Shown piece after piece: positions 44,548-53,334 of a stretch of 57,256 bases of DNA. Each line of letters opens with the position of its first letter. The first letter of the stretch is position 1. The notes under the pieces were generated by a model. The model did not search any database, was not told where the DNA came from, and worked only from the letters and a program-made list of their open reading frames with translations. The stretch is taken from positions 1 through 57,256 of the forward strand of contig CAZRDQ010000001.1 in assembly GCA_964598945.1 (NCBI GenBank), written 5' to 3'. A program made the translations under genes and the position numbers. The DNA comes from an uncultured Candidatus Bathyarchaeia archaeon. Its GTDB lineage: Archaea > Thermoproteota > Bathyarchaeia > 40CM-2-53-6 > RBG-13-38-9.

Positions 44548-46242
44548 TTGCCGCGACCCCTTGCCCTGACATTTATGCTAGTTCTTGCAACATCAATACT
44601 AATCAACTATACCGGAGGCGCCACAGAGGCGTACATCACAAGAGCCAGTCGAACCATTGCCGTGAACGAATTCGGCGTTACCACAATTACGGATGACCTT
44701 GTGGTGTACAATAACGGAACAACCCCGCTGGAGACCATCGACTGGGGTTTTCCTAAGAGTTACTCTAACAGACTTGAGGCGCTCGAAGTTACAGGACCTG
44801 CCACGGAAATCCTGAAGACGGAGAGGACAGCCAACGAAACCTCGCCCACCCAATGGCTAAGGTGCAGGTTCACTAAACCCGTCTCTTCCGGTGGCACCTA
44901 CGAGATTAAGGTAAGAGCCACCTTCTCGAACCTCATCTCACTTGAAGGTGGGGACTATCTCTTTACATTCTTGGCCTATCCCACAGTCTCACTTAGGGCT
45001 GAAGTCTGCAACTCAACCATAACCCTGCCCAAAGGTGCAACCCCGAAAGAGTGGGCCAACAAGAGCTTCACAGCGACTGAGATCGGAGGAGAGCCAGCTC
45101 TGGTTGGAGTTGAAAAGCCACTTGAACCTTTCTCCAGCAAAGAGATATCTTTCAAGTACTCCAGCGACGCCCAGGAATTGGTGTTCTTCAGGTCTGTAAG
45201 GCGCGAGATCACAATCACGCCAAACGGCGAGGTGACATCAAAGGATACGTACAAGATCACCAACTCCGGAGGAGAACTCAACTCCCTGACAATACCTCGA
45301 CCCAAGAATAGCAGCCCAATACTACTCTATGATTCAGCAGGTTCTGTCCAGGAGAGGCTGCAGGTTCAGGGCGAATCGATAACAGTCCAGCCGCGATTCG
45401 GCAAGCTGGCAAGAGACACCTCATTCACCTTCACGCTAGAATACGGATTACCCCAAAAGGACTTGCTGAGAAGGTTGGAGTGGGAGGGGCGATACAGGTT
45501 CACCGCAGATCTTGCTTCCACATCAGGCTATGTGGCTGAAGGGTATCTTGTGAACGTCTCTCTTCCCAGAGGAGCCAAGCTAGAACAAAGCCTGACGCCG
45601 TCGAATTCAACTTCTATTCTGTCTGATGGAGTGCAGATCCTAACATATGATTTCGGACGACTGCCGCCGTTAACGACAAAGACAACAACTATTGACTACT
45701 ACTACTACATCCTCTCGCCATCCATCTATCCCCTCCAATGGATCTTCACCCTTGAATTGATGGTGGCGGCGCTTGCTGCAGCCGTTCTCCTGAAGAGGCC
45801 AGCGAAAGCTGTCATAGCGGCGCCTGTCGAGAAGGCTAGGAGATTCATCGATCTTCATGATGAGAAGAGGATCTTGAGACTTGAGCTGGAGAAGATCGGC
45901 GAGGAGGTTTCCAGAGGAGCGATCACCAAACACGACTACCGCAGACGCAGCAAGACAATAGAAACTAGACTCAGTGAGTTGAATCGACACCTAGCGGCAC
46001 TGAAGAGCGAGCTGAAGACCATCGACCCGAGATACGACCAGATCGCGAGGAGGCTTGAAAGGGCTGAAAGCGAGATCGATGCTCTAAGAGCAAGCGAGAT
46101 CCAGATGACTAATCAGTACAGAACCGGCCGCATAGGCAAAGATGTCTACGAGTCTCTTACAAGAGACCTCAGAAAGCGGATGGAGAAGGCCAAAGAGACT
46201 GTTGACAGCATAATCGTGACGCTTCGCGAGGAGACACGATAG
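44548..46242 (+). CDS. Single-pass membrane glycoprotein-like protein with ribophorin-I (OST1)-like architecture
   Basis: It has a signal/TM segment, a roughly 390-aa beta-rich ectodomain with N-x-S/T sites, a TM helix (IFTLELMVAALAAAVLL) and a roughly 150-aa coiled-coil tail. The local matches I recall from RPN1 are ITVQPRFGKLARD versus IRPRFPLFGGW, and VSLPRGAKLEQ versus ILPEGAKNIE. Confidence 0.4.
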   Translation: MPRPLALTFMLVLATSILINYTGGATEAYITRASRTIAVNEFGVTTITDDLVVYNNGTTPLETIDWGFPKSYSNRLEALEVTGPATEILKTERTANETSPTQWLRCRFTKPVSSGGTYEIKVRATFSNLISLEGGDYLFTFLAYPTVSLRAEVCNSTITLPKGATPKEWANKSFTATEIGGEPALVGVEKPLEPFSSKEISFKYSSDAQELVFFRSVRREITITPNGEVTSKDTYKITNSGGELNSLTIPRPKNSSPILLYDSAGSVQERLQVQGESITVQPRFGKLARDTSFTFTLEYGLPQKDLLRRLEWEGRYRFTADLASTSGYVAEGYLVNVSLPRGAKLEQSLTPSNSTSILSDGVQILTYDFGRLPPLTTKTTTIDYYYYILSPSIYPLQWIFTLELMVAALAAAVLLKRPAKAVIAAPVEKARRFIDLHDEKRILRLELEKIGEEVSRGAITKHDYRRRSKTIETRLSELNRHLAALKSELKTIDPRYDQIARRLERAESEIDALRASEIQMTNQYRTGRIGKDVYESLTRDLRKRMEKAKETVDSIIVTLREETR

Positions 46243-46411
46243 CAGACCGAGACACCGCGAACCTCGTCCGCGGCGCATTACTCCGCGTAGCGGCGGAGCC
46301 AAGACCCCTAGTCGCTAGCCATCATGATTAACTTCAGCGTCGACTGGGATCCCGTCTATCTTCAGATGGATGAAGCTTGAATTGTACTTTGGTCTTACGC
46401 TTTAGTCGTGT

Positions 46412-47896
46412 CTACGGCGAGTACTTGAAAGGGTGCTTGGCTCTTTCGCTGTTCTCCAGCAACTCCTCAACTGTCGGCCTTCCCTCAACGACTTTCCTGA
46501 TGGCGTGTCTTATCGCCTTGTAGTTGTTGATATACACCCGTTTCCTGTCTACGGCTGACGGGTGAACGAAGACGTTCGCTATTATGATCAAGTCGTCGAC
46601 GGCGTTCTTCGGCAGTGTGCCATCTCTGACGCTATCGATAACTGCCTTGGCAACAGCTGTTTGGGCAGGACCGTAGACCATGCTGGCCTGCCTCATACTC
46701 TTGATGGTGACAGTTGGGATTATCATCGTTGTTGGCTTTACGGCCAGGTTCGGCTCAAGAATTGCCACAAGCGGTTCATGGCCAGCCGACGGAGCGGCCT
46801 TTGCTCTTGCAAAGGCCTCGCCCAACGGCCCGTCCCTAATGCCCATCATAAGTTCTACGTGAGCAACTTCTGGACCGGACCCCGCGAGTGACTCGCCGGT
46901 CATCAGTTTGAAGCTCTTGATCATCTGGTCAGTCAGGCCTATTGAAGAGAGCCTTTCCGTGGCAGACTTTCCGGCTGGGACCTCTACGGCTACGGCCTTG
47001 GGTTTGATCTTTCCTATCTTTTCTAGGTCGAGCCTTAACTCTTCCATATCTTCGTACGTCAATTCCCCTCCCACAGAGAGCGGCAGTCGGACAGGCCCCG
47101 AATCTATTCCCAGCATTCTCAGGGCGGCCTTTGAACCCACCGGACCGCTTCTAACTGTGATTCTGCTTATTTTCTGAACCTTCAGCTGGATCTCTCGAGC
47201 AGTGCTCAAGTCCCCTTTCTTGAAAGCTTGGTAGAGTTTAAGCCATTGATCAGGTATGAAGTTCGCGCTTGCCAAGATCATGCCGGAGGCTCCGGCTGCG
47301 AGCGCAGGGAGAACGACCTCGTCATGACCGCATAGTACTGTGAGTCTTGAGCCGGTCTTCTCAAGGACTGAGAGCATGTAGCGCAGTTCTCCGCTGCTGT
47401 CCTTGAGTCCTACTATGCTTGGAATCTCGACTAGGTCCTCAACCATCTGCCAGCTCAGATTCACGCCAGTAGCTTGCGGAATATTATACAGAATTATCGG
47501 GAGGTCAACAGCCTCTGCCAAACATCTGTAATGTTCATAGATCCCCCTGTCTGTGGGCTTGTGATAGTACGGTGTGACTACCAAAGCCGCGGCGGCACCT
47601 GCATCTTTCGCGTGCTTGGTTGCCTCGATCGCCAGCTTGGTACCACTGCTCCCCGTGCCAGCAATAACAGGAACCCTACCATTAGCCTGATCTACAACAA
47701 CCTCTACTACCTTCTTTCTCTCACCAAGCGATAGGTTCTGGAATTCGCCAGTAGTTCCACATGGGACAAGAGCAGAGACGCCTTGCTCTATTACGTAATC
47801 GACCAGTCTCCTAAGTCGTAGCTCATCGACATCGTTCCCGTCGTCTGTAAAAGGAGTCACGAGAGCAGGCATCACGCCTTCAGGCTTGAATACCAT
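46412..47896 (-). CDS. Fusion of a DapA-family class I (pyruvate-dependent) aldolase with a formaldehyde-activating enzyme (Fae) domain
   Basis: The N-terminal ~300 aa carry PALVTPF, CGTTGEF, TPYYHKP, ILYNIP and GLKDSSG (Schiff-base Lys). The C-terminal ~165 aa carry EVAHVELMMG..GP, GHEPLVAILEPNLAVKPTT, YGPAQTAVAKAV, NVFVHP and KHPF, which is colinear with Fae. Confidence 0.8.
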   Translation of the reverse strand: MVFKPEGVMPALVTPFTDDGNDVDELRLRRLVDYVIEQGVSALVPCGTTGEFQNLSLGERKKVVEVVVDQANGRVPVIAGTGSSGTKLAIEATKHAKDAGAAAALVVTPYYHKPTDRGIYEHYRCLAEAVDLPIILYNIPQATGVNLSWQMVEDLVEIPSIVGLKDSSGELRYMLSVLEKTGSRLTVLCGHDEVVLPALAAGASGMILASANFIPDQWLKLYQAFKKGDLSTAREIQLKVQKISRITVRSGPVGSKAALRMLGIDSGPVRLPLSVGGELTYEDMEELRLDLEKIGKIKPKAVAVEVPAGKSATERLSSIGLTDQMIKSFKLMTGESLAGSGPEVAHVELMMGIRDGPLGEAFARAKAAPSAGHEPLVAILEPNLAVKPTTMIIPTVTIKSMRQASMVYGPAQTAVAKAVIDSVRDGTLPKNAVDDLIIIANVFVHPSAVDRKRVYINNYKAIRHAIRKVVEGRPTVEELLENSERAKHPFKYSP

Positions 47897-48169
47897 CGGC
47901 CGGTCACCTTAAGCAGCGTTAATCTGTCAACCCCCCATGAGTACCTTAATAAGATTAGCTAAGATAGTTACTGTGAGACTATTCTGAAAAGCCAGACCGA
48001 AATACCCATTAACCAAAAATGAAAAGAACTGCCACGTTGGTCGGCTGTAAGACCAATAGTTTTGAAGCTAGGGTCATCGTCAATCAGCTGCGAAACAGGA
48101 GAGGCAGATTACCCGGGTAGACACAGGAACGGCACAACGCGTGTCGATCTAGGTTTGGTGTTGAATAGT

Positions 48170-49087
48170 ATGGCATATTCTAAGACTCGCAAAAAGAAGC
48201 GAATTGGCAGAAGAGCGGTGGAAATCGCGTTATTTCTTCTCATGGTCGGTCTTGTGCTGTTTGCAGCACAAGACTGGCTTACTCGACCAAGGTCCCAAGA
48301 TACAGGTTCTTCTAGAAAGGTCGCCCTGATCGATCAACTAACTATCGCGTTTCCAAACCCCGCTTTCGAAGATGGACTGGTCCGGATGTTCAACGAGGCT
48401 GGCTTCACAACAGACATCTACAGAGGCCCACAGGTTACAGTTAATCTCTACAGGGATTTGCCTTCTATGGGATACAGAATCATAGTGTTCAGGGTCCACC
48501 AATCTACTCCTGTTGAGTATCTGCTACCTCAGAGCAGACCCGTGACTGGGCCTCCAGTATACCTATTCACCGGTGAACCTTACAATGAACGAGAGTACGT
48601 AATTGAACAGTTATCGGACTTGGTGGTTCCGGCAAGAGAGATAAACGGCTCAAAGATCTACTTTGCAATTGGCCCCAAGTTCGTCCAGTCGATGTCAGGA
48701 AAATTCCCGAACACCGTGATAGTTCTTGCCGGTTGTTCAGGCCTATACAGCGCTGACTTGGCCGACTCATTCATCGTCAAGGGCGCTTCGGTAGTAGTTG
48801 GCTGGCAGAGGTTTGTTGAAATGGACTACACGGACAAGGCTATTACGCGTTTTCTCAAAGCCATAGTTCTCGAGCGAACTACAATATACAGGGGCATACT
48901 TGCGATGACCAGCGATGTTGGGTTAGATCCCTCCTACAAGACCAATCTACTCACTTATCCTGAGGAGAGGATTGGCCTCACACTGGCAGAAGCTTTTGAA
49001 CTGAAAGAAGAAGCCGTCGTAACCCAGCAAATACTCCTTGGTGAACCCGTCAAGCCGGGAGTTCCCTTTGTGTCAAGAAAATATTGA
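48170..49087 (+). CDS. Membrane-anchored hypothetical protein, possibly a caspase/legumain-like (clan CD) fold
   Basis: TM helix VEIALFLLMVGLVLFAA. Beta-strand-plus-His (YRIIVFRVHQS) and beta-strand-plus-Cys (TVIVLAGCSGLYS) elements sit in the order and spacing typical of clan CD peptidases. This is weak, motif-level evidence only. Confidence 0.35.
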   Translation: MAYSKTRKKKRIGRRAVEIALFLLMVGLVLFAAQDWLTRPRSQDTGSSRKVALIDQLTIAFPNPAFEDGLVRMFNEAGFTTDIYRGPQVTVNLYRDLPSMGYRIIVFRVHQSTPVEYLLPQSRPVTGPPVYLFTGEPYNEREYVIEQLSDLVVPAREINGSKIYFAIGPKFVQSMSGKFPNTVIVLAGCSGLYSADLADSFIVKGASVVVGWQRFVEMDYTDKAITRFLKAIVLERTTIYRGILAMTSDVGLDPSYKTNLLTYPEERIGLTLAEAFELKEEAVVTQQILLGEPVKPGVPFVSRKY

Positions 49088-49228
49088 AAGTCAAATGTGA
49101 TCGGGTACCTCAATTAGTAATATCTGACTTTTTCTGCGGGATGCCATCATATTCCTATTGGAATATTTCCTCCATCAAAGTATTAATAGCGTCCGACGGA
49201 AGTATCAGGGCAGATCGAGCTGAACCTC

Positions 49229-50728
49229 TTGAAGACCAAGCGAACAATCGAAGAGATCAATGAGAAGATCAAGAAAGGAGAAGCCACAGTCGTCACTGCT
49301 GAAGAGATGACTGAGATAGTGAAGAGCCAAGGGGTCGAAGTTGCCGCCAGAGATGTTGATGTAGTCACGACCGGAACATTCGGCGCAATGTGCAGCTCAG
49401 GCGTCTTCCTCAATTTCGGTCACTCAGATCCACCCATCAAGATAGAGAATCTCACACTCAATGGTGTTGAGGCATACCATGGCAATGCAGCAGTAGACGC
49501 GTATCTCGGTGCCACCAAGATGCATCCCGAGAAGAGGTTCGAATACGGTGGAGGCCACGTCATCGAGGATCTCGTCTCCGGAAAAGAGGTGGAACTGATT
49601 GCCACAGCATATGGAACAGATTGCTACCCAAGAAAATCTGTCAGAACAACGATAACAATAGAAGACCTAAACCAGGCCATACTCTGCAATCCAAGAAATG
49701 CCTACCAACGATATAACGCAGCTACAAATGGAAGAGATGAGCTGATATACACTTACATGGGCAAGCTGCTTCCGAACTTTGGCAACGCAACATATTCCGG
49801 TTCAGGGGAGCTCAACCCTCTAACGAACGATCCTGACTATGAAACCATAGGCGTAGGCACCAGGATCTTCCTCGGCGGCGGAATAGGGTACGTCACAGGA
49901 TCAGGAACACAGCACGATCCAAGAACTGGCTTCGGCACACTGATGGTCCAAGGCGACCTCAAGAGTATGAACCCGAGATTCCTGAGAGGCGGCAGCTTCA
50001 CGAATTATGGAACAACACTCTACGTTGGTCTCGGCATACCCATCCCCATACTGAACGAGGAACTGGCCAAGAAGACAGGCATCAGTGACGAGGAGATCAA
50101 GACCAACCTGCTTGATTATGGAGTTCCGCGCAGAAGCAGACCCATCATGAAAGACACTGACTACGCCGAGCTGAAATCAGGAAAGATAACTCTGCGGGAC
50201 AGAGCGATCCCCGTGACAGCCCTCTCAAGCCTCAAACTCGCGCGAGACGTAGCCTCGACCCTCAAACGCTGGATTGAGGAAGGCAAGTTCCTACTCACGT
50301 CGCCTCAGGAGAGGCTGCCAGACTCGGGAGCTTTGAAGCCTATGAAGATAAGCAAGGAGACTATCTTTGCTCAGAACATAATGATTCCCGCTGTAACCTG
50401 CACAGCTGATGAAGATATCGACACAGTAGCCAGGAGAATAGTTGAGCAGAACGTAAATCACGTGGTGGTTGTAACACCCGCAGGAACACTCAGCGGCATA
50501 GTCACCTCTTTCGACGTCACGAGGGCCGTGGCCTTGAGGGAGAGGAAGCTCTCCAGCATAATGACACGACAAGTTGTGACAGCCTCACCTGACGAACCTG
50601 TGGAGTCATGCGCGCGAAAGATGAAGAAACACGACATATCTGCTCTCCCAGTCATCGATGCGCAGAAGAACATACTCGGCATAGTAACCAGCGAGCGCAT
50701 CAGCACGCTATTCGGAGAGTATCAGTAG
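49229..50728 (+). CDS. COG1900 (DUF39) + tandem CBS protein: methanogen-type homocysteine biosynthesis enzyme (L-aspartate-semialdehyde sulfurtransferase, MA1821-like)
   Basis: VVTAEE, DVVTTGTFGAMCSSG, LNGVEAYHGNAAVDAYLGAT, GGGHVIEDL and YTYMG are family blocks. Two CBS repeats lie at the C-terminus. Confidence 0.8.
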   Translation: MKTKRTIEEINEKIKKGEATVVTAEEMTEIVKSQGVEVAARDVDVVTTGTFGAMCSSGVFLNFGHSDPPIKIENLTLNGVEAYHGNAAVDAYLGATKMHPEKRFEYGGGHVIEDLVSGKEVELIATAYGTDCYPRKSVRTTITIEDLNQAILCNPRNAYQRYNAATNGRDELIYTYMGKLLPNFGNATYSGSGELNPLTNDPDYETIGVGTRIFLGGGIGYVTGSGTQHDPRTGFGTLMVQGDLKSMNPRFLRGGSFTNYGTTLYVGLGIPIPILNEELAKKTGISDEEIKTNLLDYGVPRRSRPIMKDTDYAELKSGKITLRDRAIPVTALSSLKLARDVASTLKRWIEEGKFLLTSPQERLPDSGALKPMKISKETIFAQNIMIPAVTCTADEDIDTVARRIVEQNVNHVVVVTPAGTLSGIVTSFDVTRAVALRERKLSSIMTRQVVTASPDEPVESCARKMKKHDISALPVIDAQKNILGIVTSERISTLFGEYQ

Positions 50729-50729
50729 C

Positions 50730-51113
50730 ATGAAAGCCCGTTTGAGATTCGATAAGCAGAGAACAGCAGAGCCGATCATCTCAACTGTGATTTTGAAGAC
50801 CAAGGCTCCTATCAACATCCTGAGAGCAGAAGTCGACGAGAGTACAGGGGAGGTTCTGATCGAGATCCCAGATGAGAAGGCTGAGAGCACTTTGGCGGCT
50901 TTCAAGCAGATGGGTGTTTCCATTCAAGTGGGAGCATTCATAGAGATCTCACGCCAGAGGTGTATCGACTGCGGACACTGCATAACGATATGCCCCGTCG
51001 AAGCAATATCAGCAGAGAAAGACCTGACAGTAAACATAGATCTGGAGAAGTGTGTAAACTGCGGAGCCTGCGTTGACTGCTGCCCTACAAGAGCCATAAG
51101 CATGCTACAGTAG
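50730..51113 (+). CDS. NIL-domain + 2x[4Fe-4S] ferredoxin (MA1822-like partner of COG1900)
   Basis: The N-terminal NIL-like domain (PIISTVILKTKAPINILRAEV) is followed by CIDCGHCITICP and CVNCGACVDCCP. It starts 2 nt after the upstream stop. Confidence 0.8.
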   Translation: MKARLRFDKQRTAEPIISTVILKTKAPINILRAEVDESTGEVLIEIPDEKAESTLAAFKQMGVSIQVGAFIEISRQRCIDCGHCITICPVEAISAEKDLTVNIDLEKCVNCGACVDCCPTRAISMLQ

Positions 51114-51124
51114 ATGAGGTTAGG

Positions 51125-51889
51125 ATGCTGCAGATCCTCAGATTGCAACGCGTAATCGGGGAGTCGTCTGTAATGGTCAAGACAGATTCATATCAGGCAG
51201 CAGAATCTGCCTTCCAGACGATTCTTGACAATCGGAAGGCTCTGCAGAAGTACATAGAAGCGTATCCGGAGTTTCTATTTGCCCTTGATCCTATTGCTGC
51301 AGGTCACTCCGCTCCTGAGATAGTGCTCCGGATGTCGAGTGCAGCCGAGGAAGCAAATGTGGGGCCGATGGCTGCTGTCGCTGGCGCCTTGGCTGATCTT
51401 GCAACAGAGGCCATGATTGCTCAAGGAGCCGAGATTGCGGTTGTTGAGAATGGTGGAGAGATCTCTGTGAGAAATGATGCTAGACTAGATGTAGCGGTAA
51501 ACTCAGGCGAGTCCTCTCTATCGGGGAGGCTCGGTTTCAGGATCCTGCAAAGAGATCTTCCTCTTGGTCTTGCTACAAGCTCAGGGACCGTGGGTCATGC
51601 GCTTAGCTTCGGCTTCGCTGACTCCGCCACAGTGATTGCTGAGGATGCCACTCTGGCGGATGCTGCTGCGACAGCAGTCTGCAACGCGGTGAAAGGTGAC
51701 GACGCAGACGACTCCATTAGGAAAGGTCTAGAAGTTGCTCAACAGACCAGGGGAGTCAGAGGCGCCCTGATAGTCAGAGGCGACCATGTTGGTACAATAG
51801 GGCAGCTCCCAAGGATGATCACCGTCAGCCCACTTCTGGATCAGCCTGCGCCGGATGCCGTTCTTAAGCACGTCTGTCAATCCTTCTGA
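51125..51889 (+). CDS. UPF0280 / COG2122 ApbE-like protein (MA1715-like, linked to sulfide assimilation)
   Basis: GPMAAVAGALADLATEA....VVENGGEISV and LGLATSSGTVGHALSFGFADSATV are UPF0280 blocks. Confidence 0.7.
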   Translation: MLQILRLQRVIGESSVMVKTDSYQAAESAFQTILDNRKALQKYIEAYPEFLFALDPIAAGHSAPEIVLRMSSAAEEANVGPMAAVAGALADLATEAMIAQGAEIAVVENGGEISVRNDARLDVAVNSGESSLSGRLGFRILQRDLPLGLATSSGTVGHALSFGFADSATVIAEDATLADAAATAVCNAVKGDDADDSIRKGLEVAQQTRGVRGALIVRGDHVGTIGQLPRMITVSPLLDQPAPDAVLKHVCQSF

Positions 51890-52520
51890 GTTCAATTCTG
51901 TAGAGTTCCACGTTTGAGCCTTCACATGTTGCGGCAAGCTGTCCTTCGTAGTCGAGACAGACAACTATCTTGCGGACCTTATCAAGAGGGATCTCGCTTG
52001 ACTTAGCATAGCCGGCTGCGAGTCTGCAGACTTGTGCTACAGAGGAGTCTTTTGCCCTGGTCTCGGCTTCTAACACTACAGGATTTCCTGAGCTGTCTTC
52101 CATCAGTGCATCGATGACGCCTGCCTCGGTTTGAGCATTCGTTTCAAGGAGGACCATTCCTTTCTCTAGGCAGTCGGGATAGTCAGCGATTATCTTGACC
52201 AGTGGATCTTCAAGGATACCTCTTGCCTCAAGATGCTCGTCCGGGCCGACCCTGAGTATTCTTTCGATGGAGTCTTCGGGGCTGCTGTAGTTTGTGCCAA
52301 GAAGATGTGGATAGACATCCACGGGAAGACCATTCTTTCTGAGTAAGATTACTGGCGTGTTCTGGAGGTTGAGCCGCTTTGTTCTTGAGAGTGGGAGAAT
52401 GTGGTTTCTTGAACTCACTATCCTGCCTCTTACTTGGGGAGGGATAGATCTTATCGCAGACTCTACTTTTTCTGTCTCATCCCGCGGCAGCTCTATAGAC
52501 TTGACGAGAACATACTCCAT
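51864..52520 (-). CDS. PD-(D/E)XK nuclease-like protein (NucS/DUF91 C-terminal-domain-like)
   Basis: LEDPLVKIIADYPDCLEKGMVLLETNAQTEAGVIDALMEDSSGNPVVLEAETRA...VAQVCRLAAGY resembles the restriction-endonuclease-like core of DUF91, but the usual ExK reads EAE. The N-domain is not recognised. Confidence 0.4.
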   Translation of the reverse strand: MEYVLVKSIELPRDETEKVESAIRSIPPQVRGRIVSSRNHILPLSRTKRLNLQNTPVILLRKNGLPVDVYPHLLGTNYSSPEDSIERILRVGPDEHLEARGILEDPLVKIIADYPDCLEKGMVLLETNAQTEAGVIDALMEDSSGNPVVLEAETRAKDSSVAQVCRLAAGYAKSSEIPLDKVRKIVVCLDYEGQLAATCEGSNVELYRIELRRIDRRA

Positions 52521-52867
52521 CTTCCACCTACCCTTCAGTTCTTCCAGAAGTGAGATTAACGTTTGGATTCTGGGCGCGTATGAACCATCAGGATCAAAAT
52601 ACAGTTCGATCTTGTGCAGCTCTAAGACCTGCCGATAACGAATTTGTGAATCGATCTGTCTTCTTTACGGGTTCAAATATTAGCTTTGGCGCGACTTCTC
52701 TTACTGTAGTCTCTGCCTCTTGATGGGCGGCTGCAATGCGCTCTAATACGCGATTTGCTTACTGAACCATATAGATCAGGTGCAGGCCTATGATCCGGAG
52801 AATTCTCTGCGGCAACACATTTAGTCCTTATTGAACCAGTCAACTACGTGAAGAGGCGCGAAAACTC

Positions 52868-52975
52868 ATGATGATTTGCGACGGTCCGTGCGAGCATGTC
52901 TATCTGGATTGCAGAAACCTACCTCATGAAGAGTGCCCGAGATGTCACAGCACGTTGTACTCAACAGAAAGATAA
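52868..52975 (+). CDS. Cys-rich micro-ORF (35 aa, zinc-ribbon-like)
   Basis: My translation is MMICDGPCEHVYLDCRNLPHEECPRCHSTLYSTER. It shares the ECPRC knuckle with the next micro-ORF. Not in the track. Confidence 0.2.
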   Translation: MMICDGPCEHVYLDCRNLPHEECPRCHSTLYSTER

Positions 52976-53004
52976 ACCACCAAGAACCAATAAGAGGCCA
53001 ACAT

Positions 53005-53133
53005 ATGAAGTGCCCAAGATGCAGAGGGAGACTCGATTCTAAGGCTTGGATCACAGACTATGCAGCCATTCTCGCACGAATATGTGAGAAGTGCGGCTAC
53101 ATAGCGAACTTGAGACCCTTGTCTTACGAGTAA
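53005..53133 (+). CDS. Zinc-ribbon micro-protein (42 aa)
   Basis: MKCPRCRGRL...CEKCGY. This is track ORF 52933..53133 trimmed to its internal ATG. Confidence 0.3.
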   Translation: MKCPRCRGRLDSKAWITDYAAILARICEKCGYIANLRPLSYE

Positions 53134-53334
53134 CTTCAGGGTTTCATGGTAGAGCAACGTCCGGTAAACATCGAGATATGCCATAACCTTGTTGGCCAAG
53201 GCGGCTGTCGCTCCACCTCCATTGTCAGACTCCCTCTTAGCACGAGAGTGAGAGTACACACCGAGTGTGCGTGAGAGCGTGGACTTGCGACGGGGTTAGT
53301 TCTTGAGATTCCCTGCCTGTCTTGTCGGCCTAGT

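Noticed and set aside
52668-52678. GGGTTCAAAT, which resembles a tRNA T-loop.
   Set aside because: The flanking bases cannot form a T-stem, acceptor stem or anticodon arm. I found no tRNA-like cloverleaf here or elsewhere in the window.
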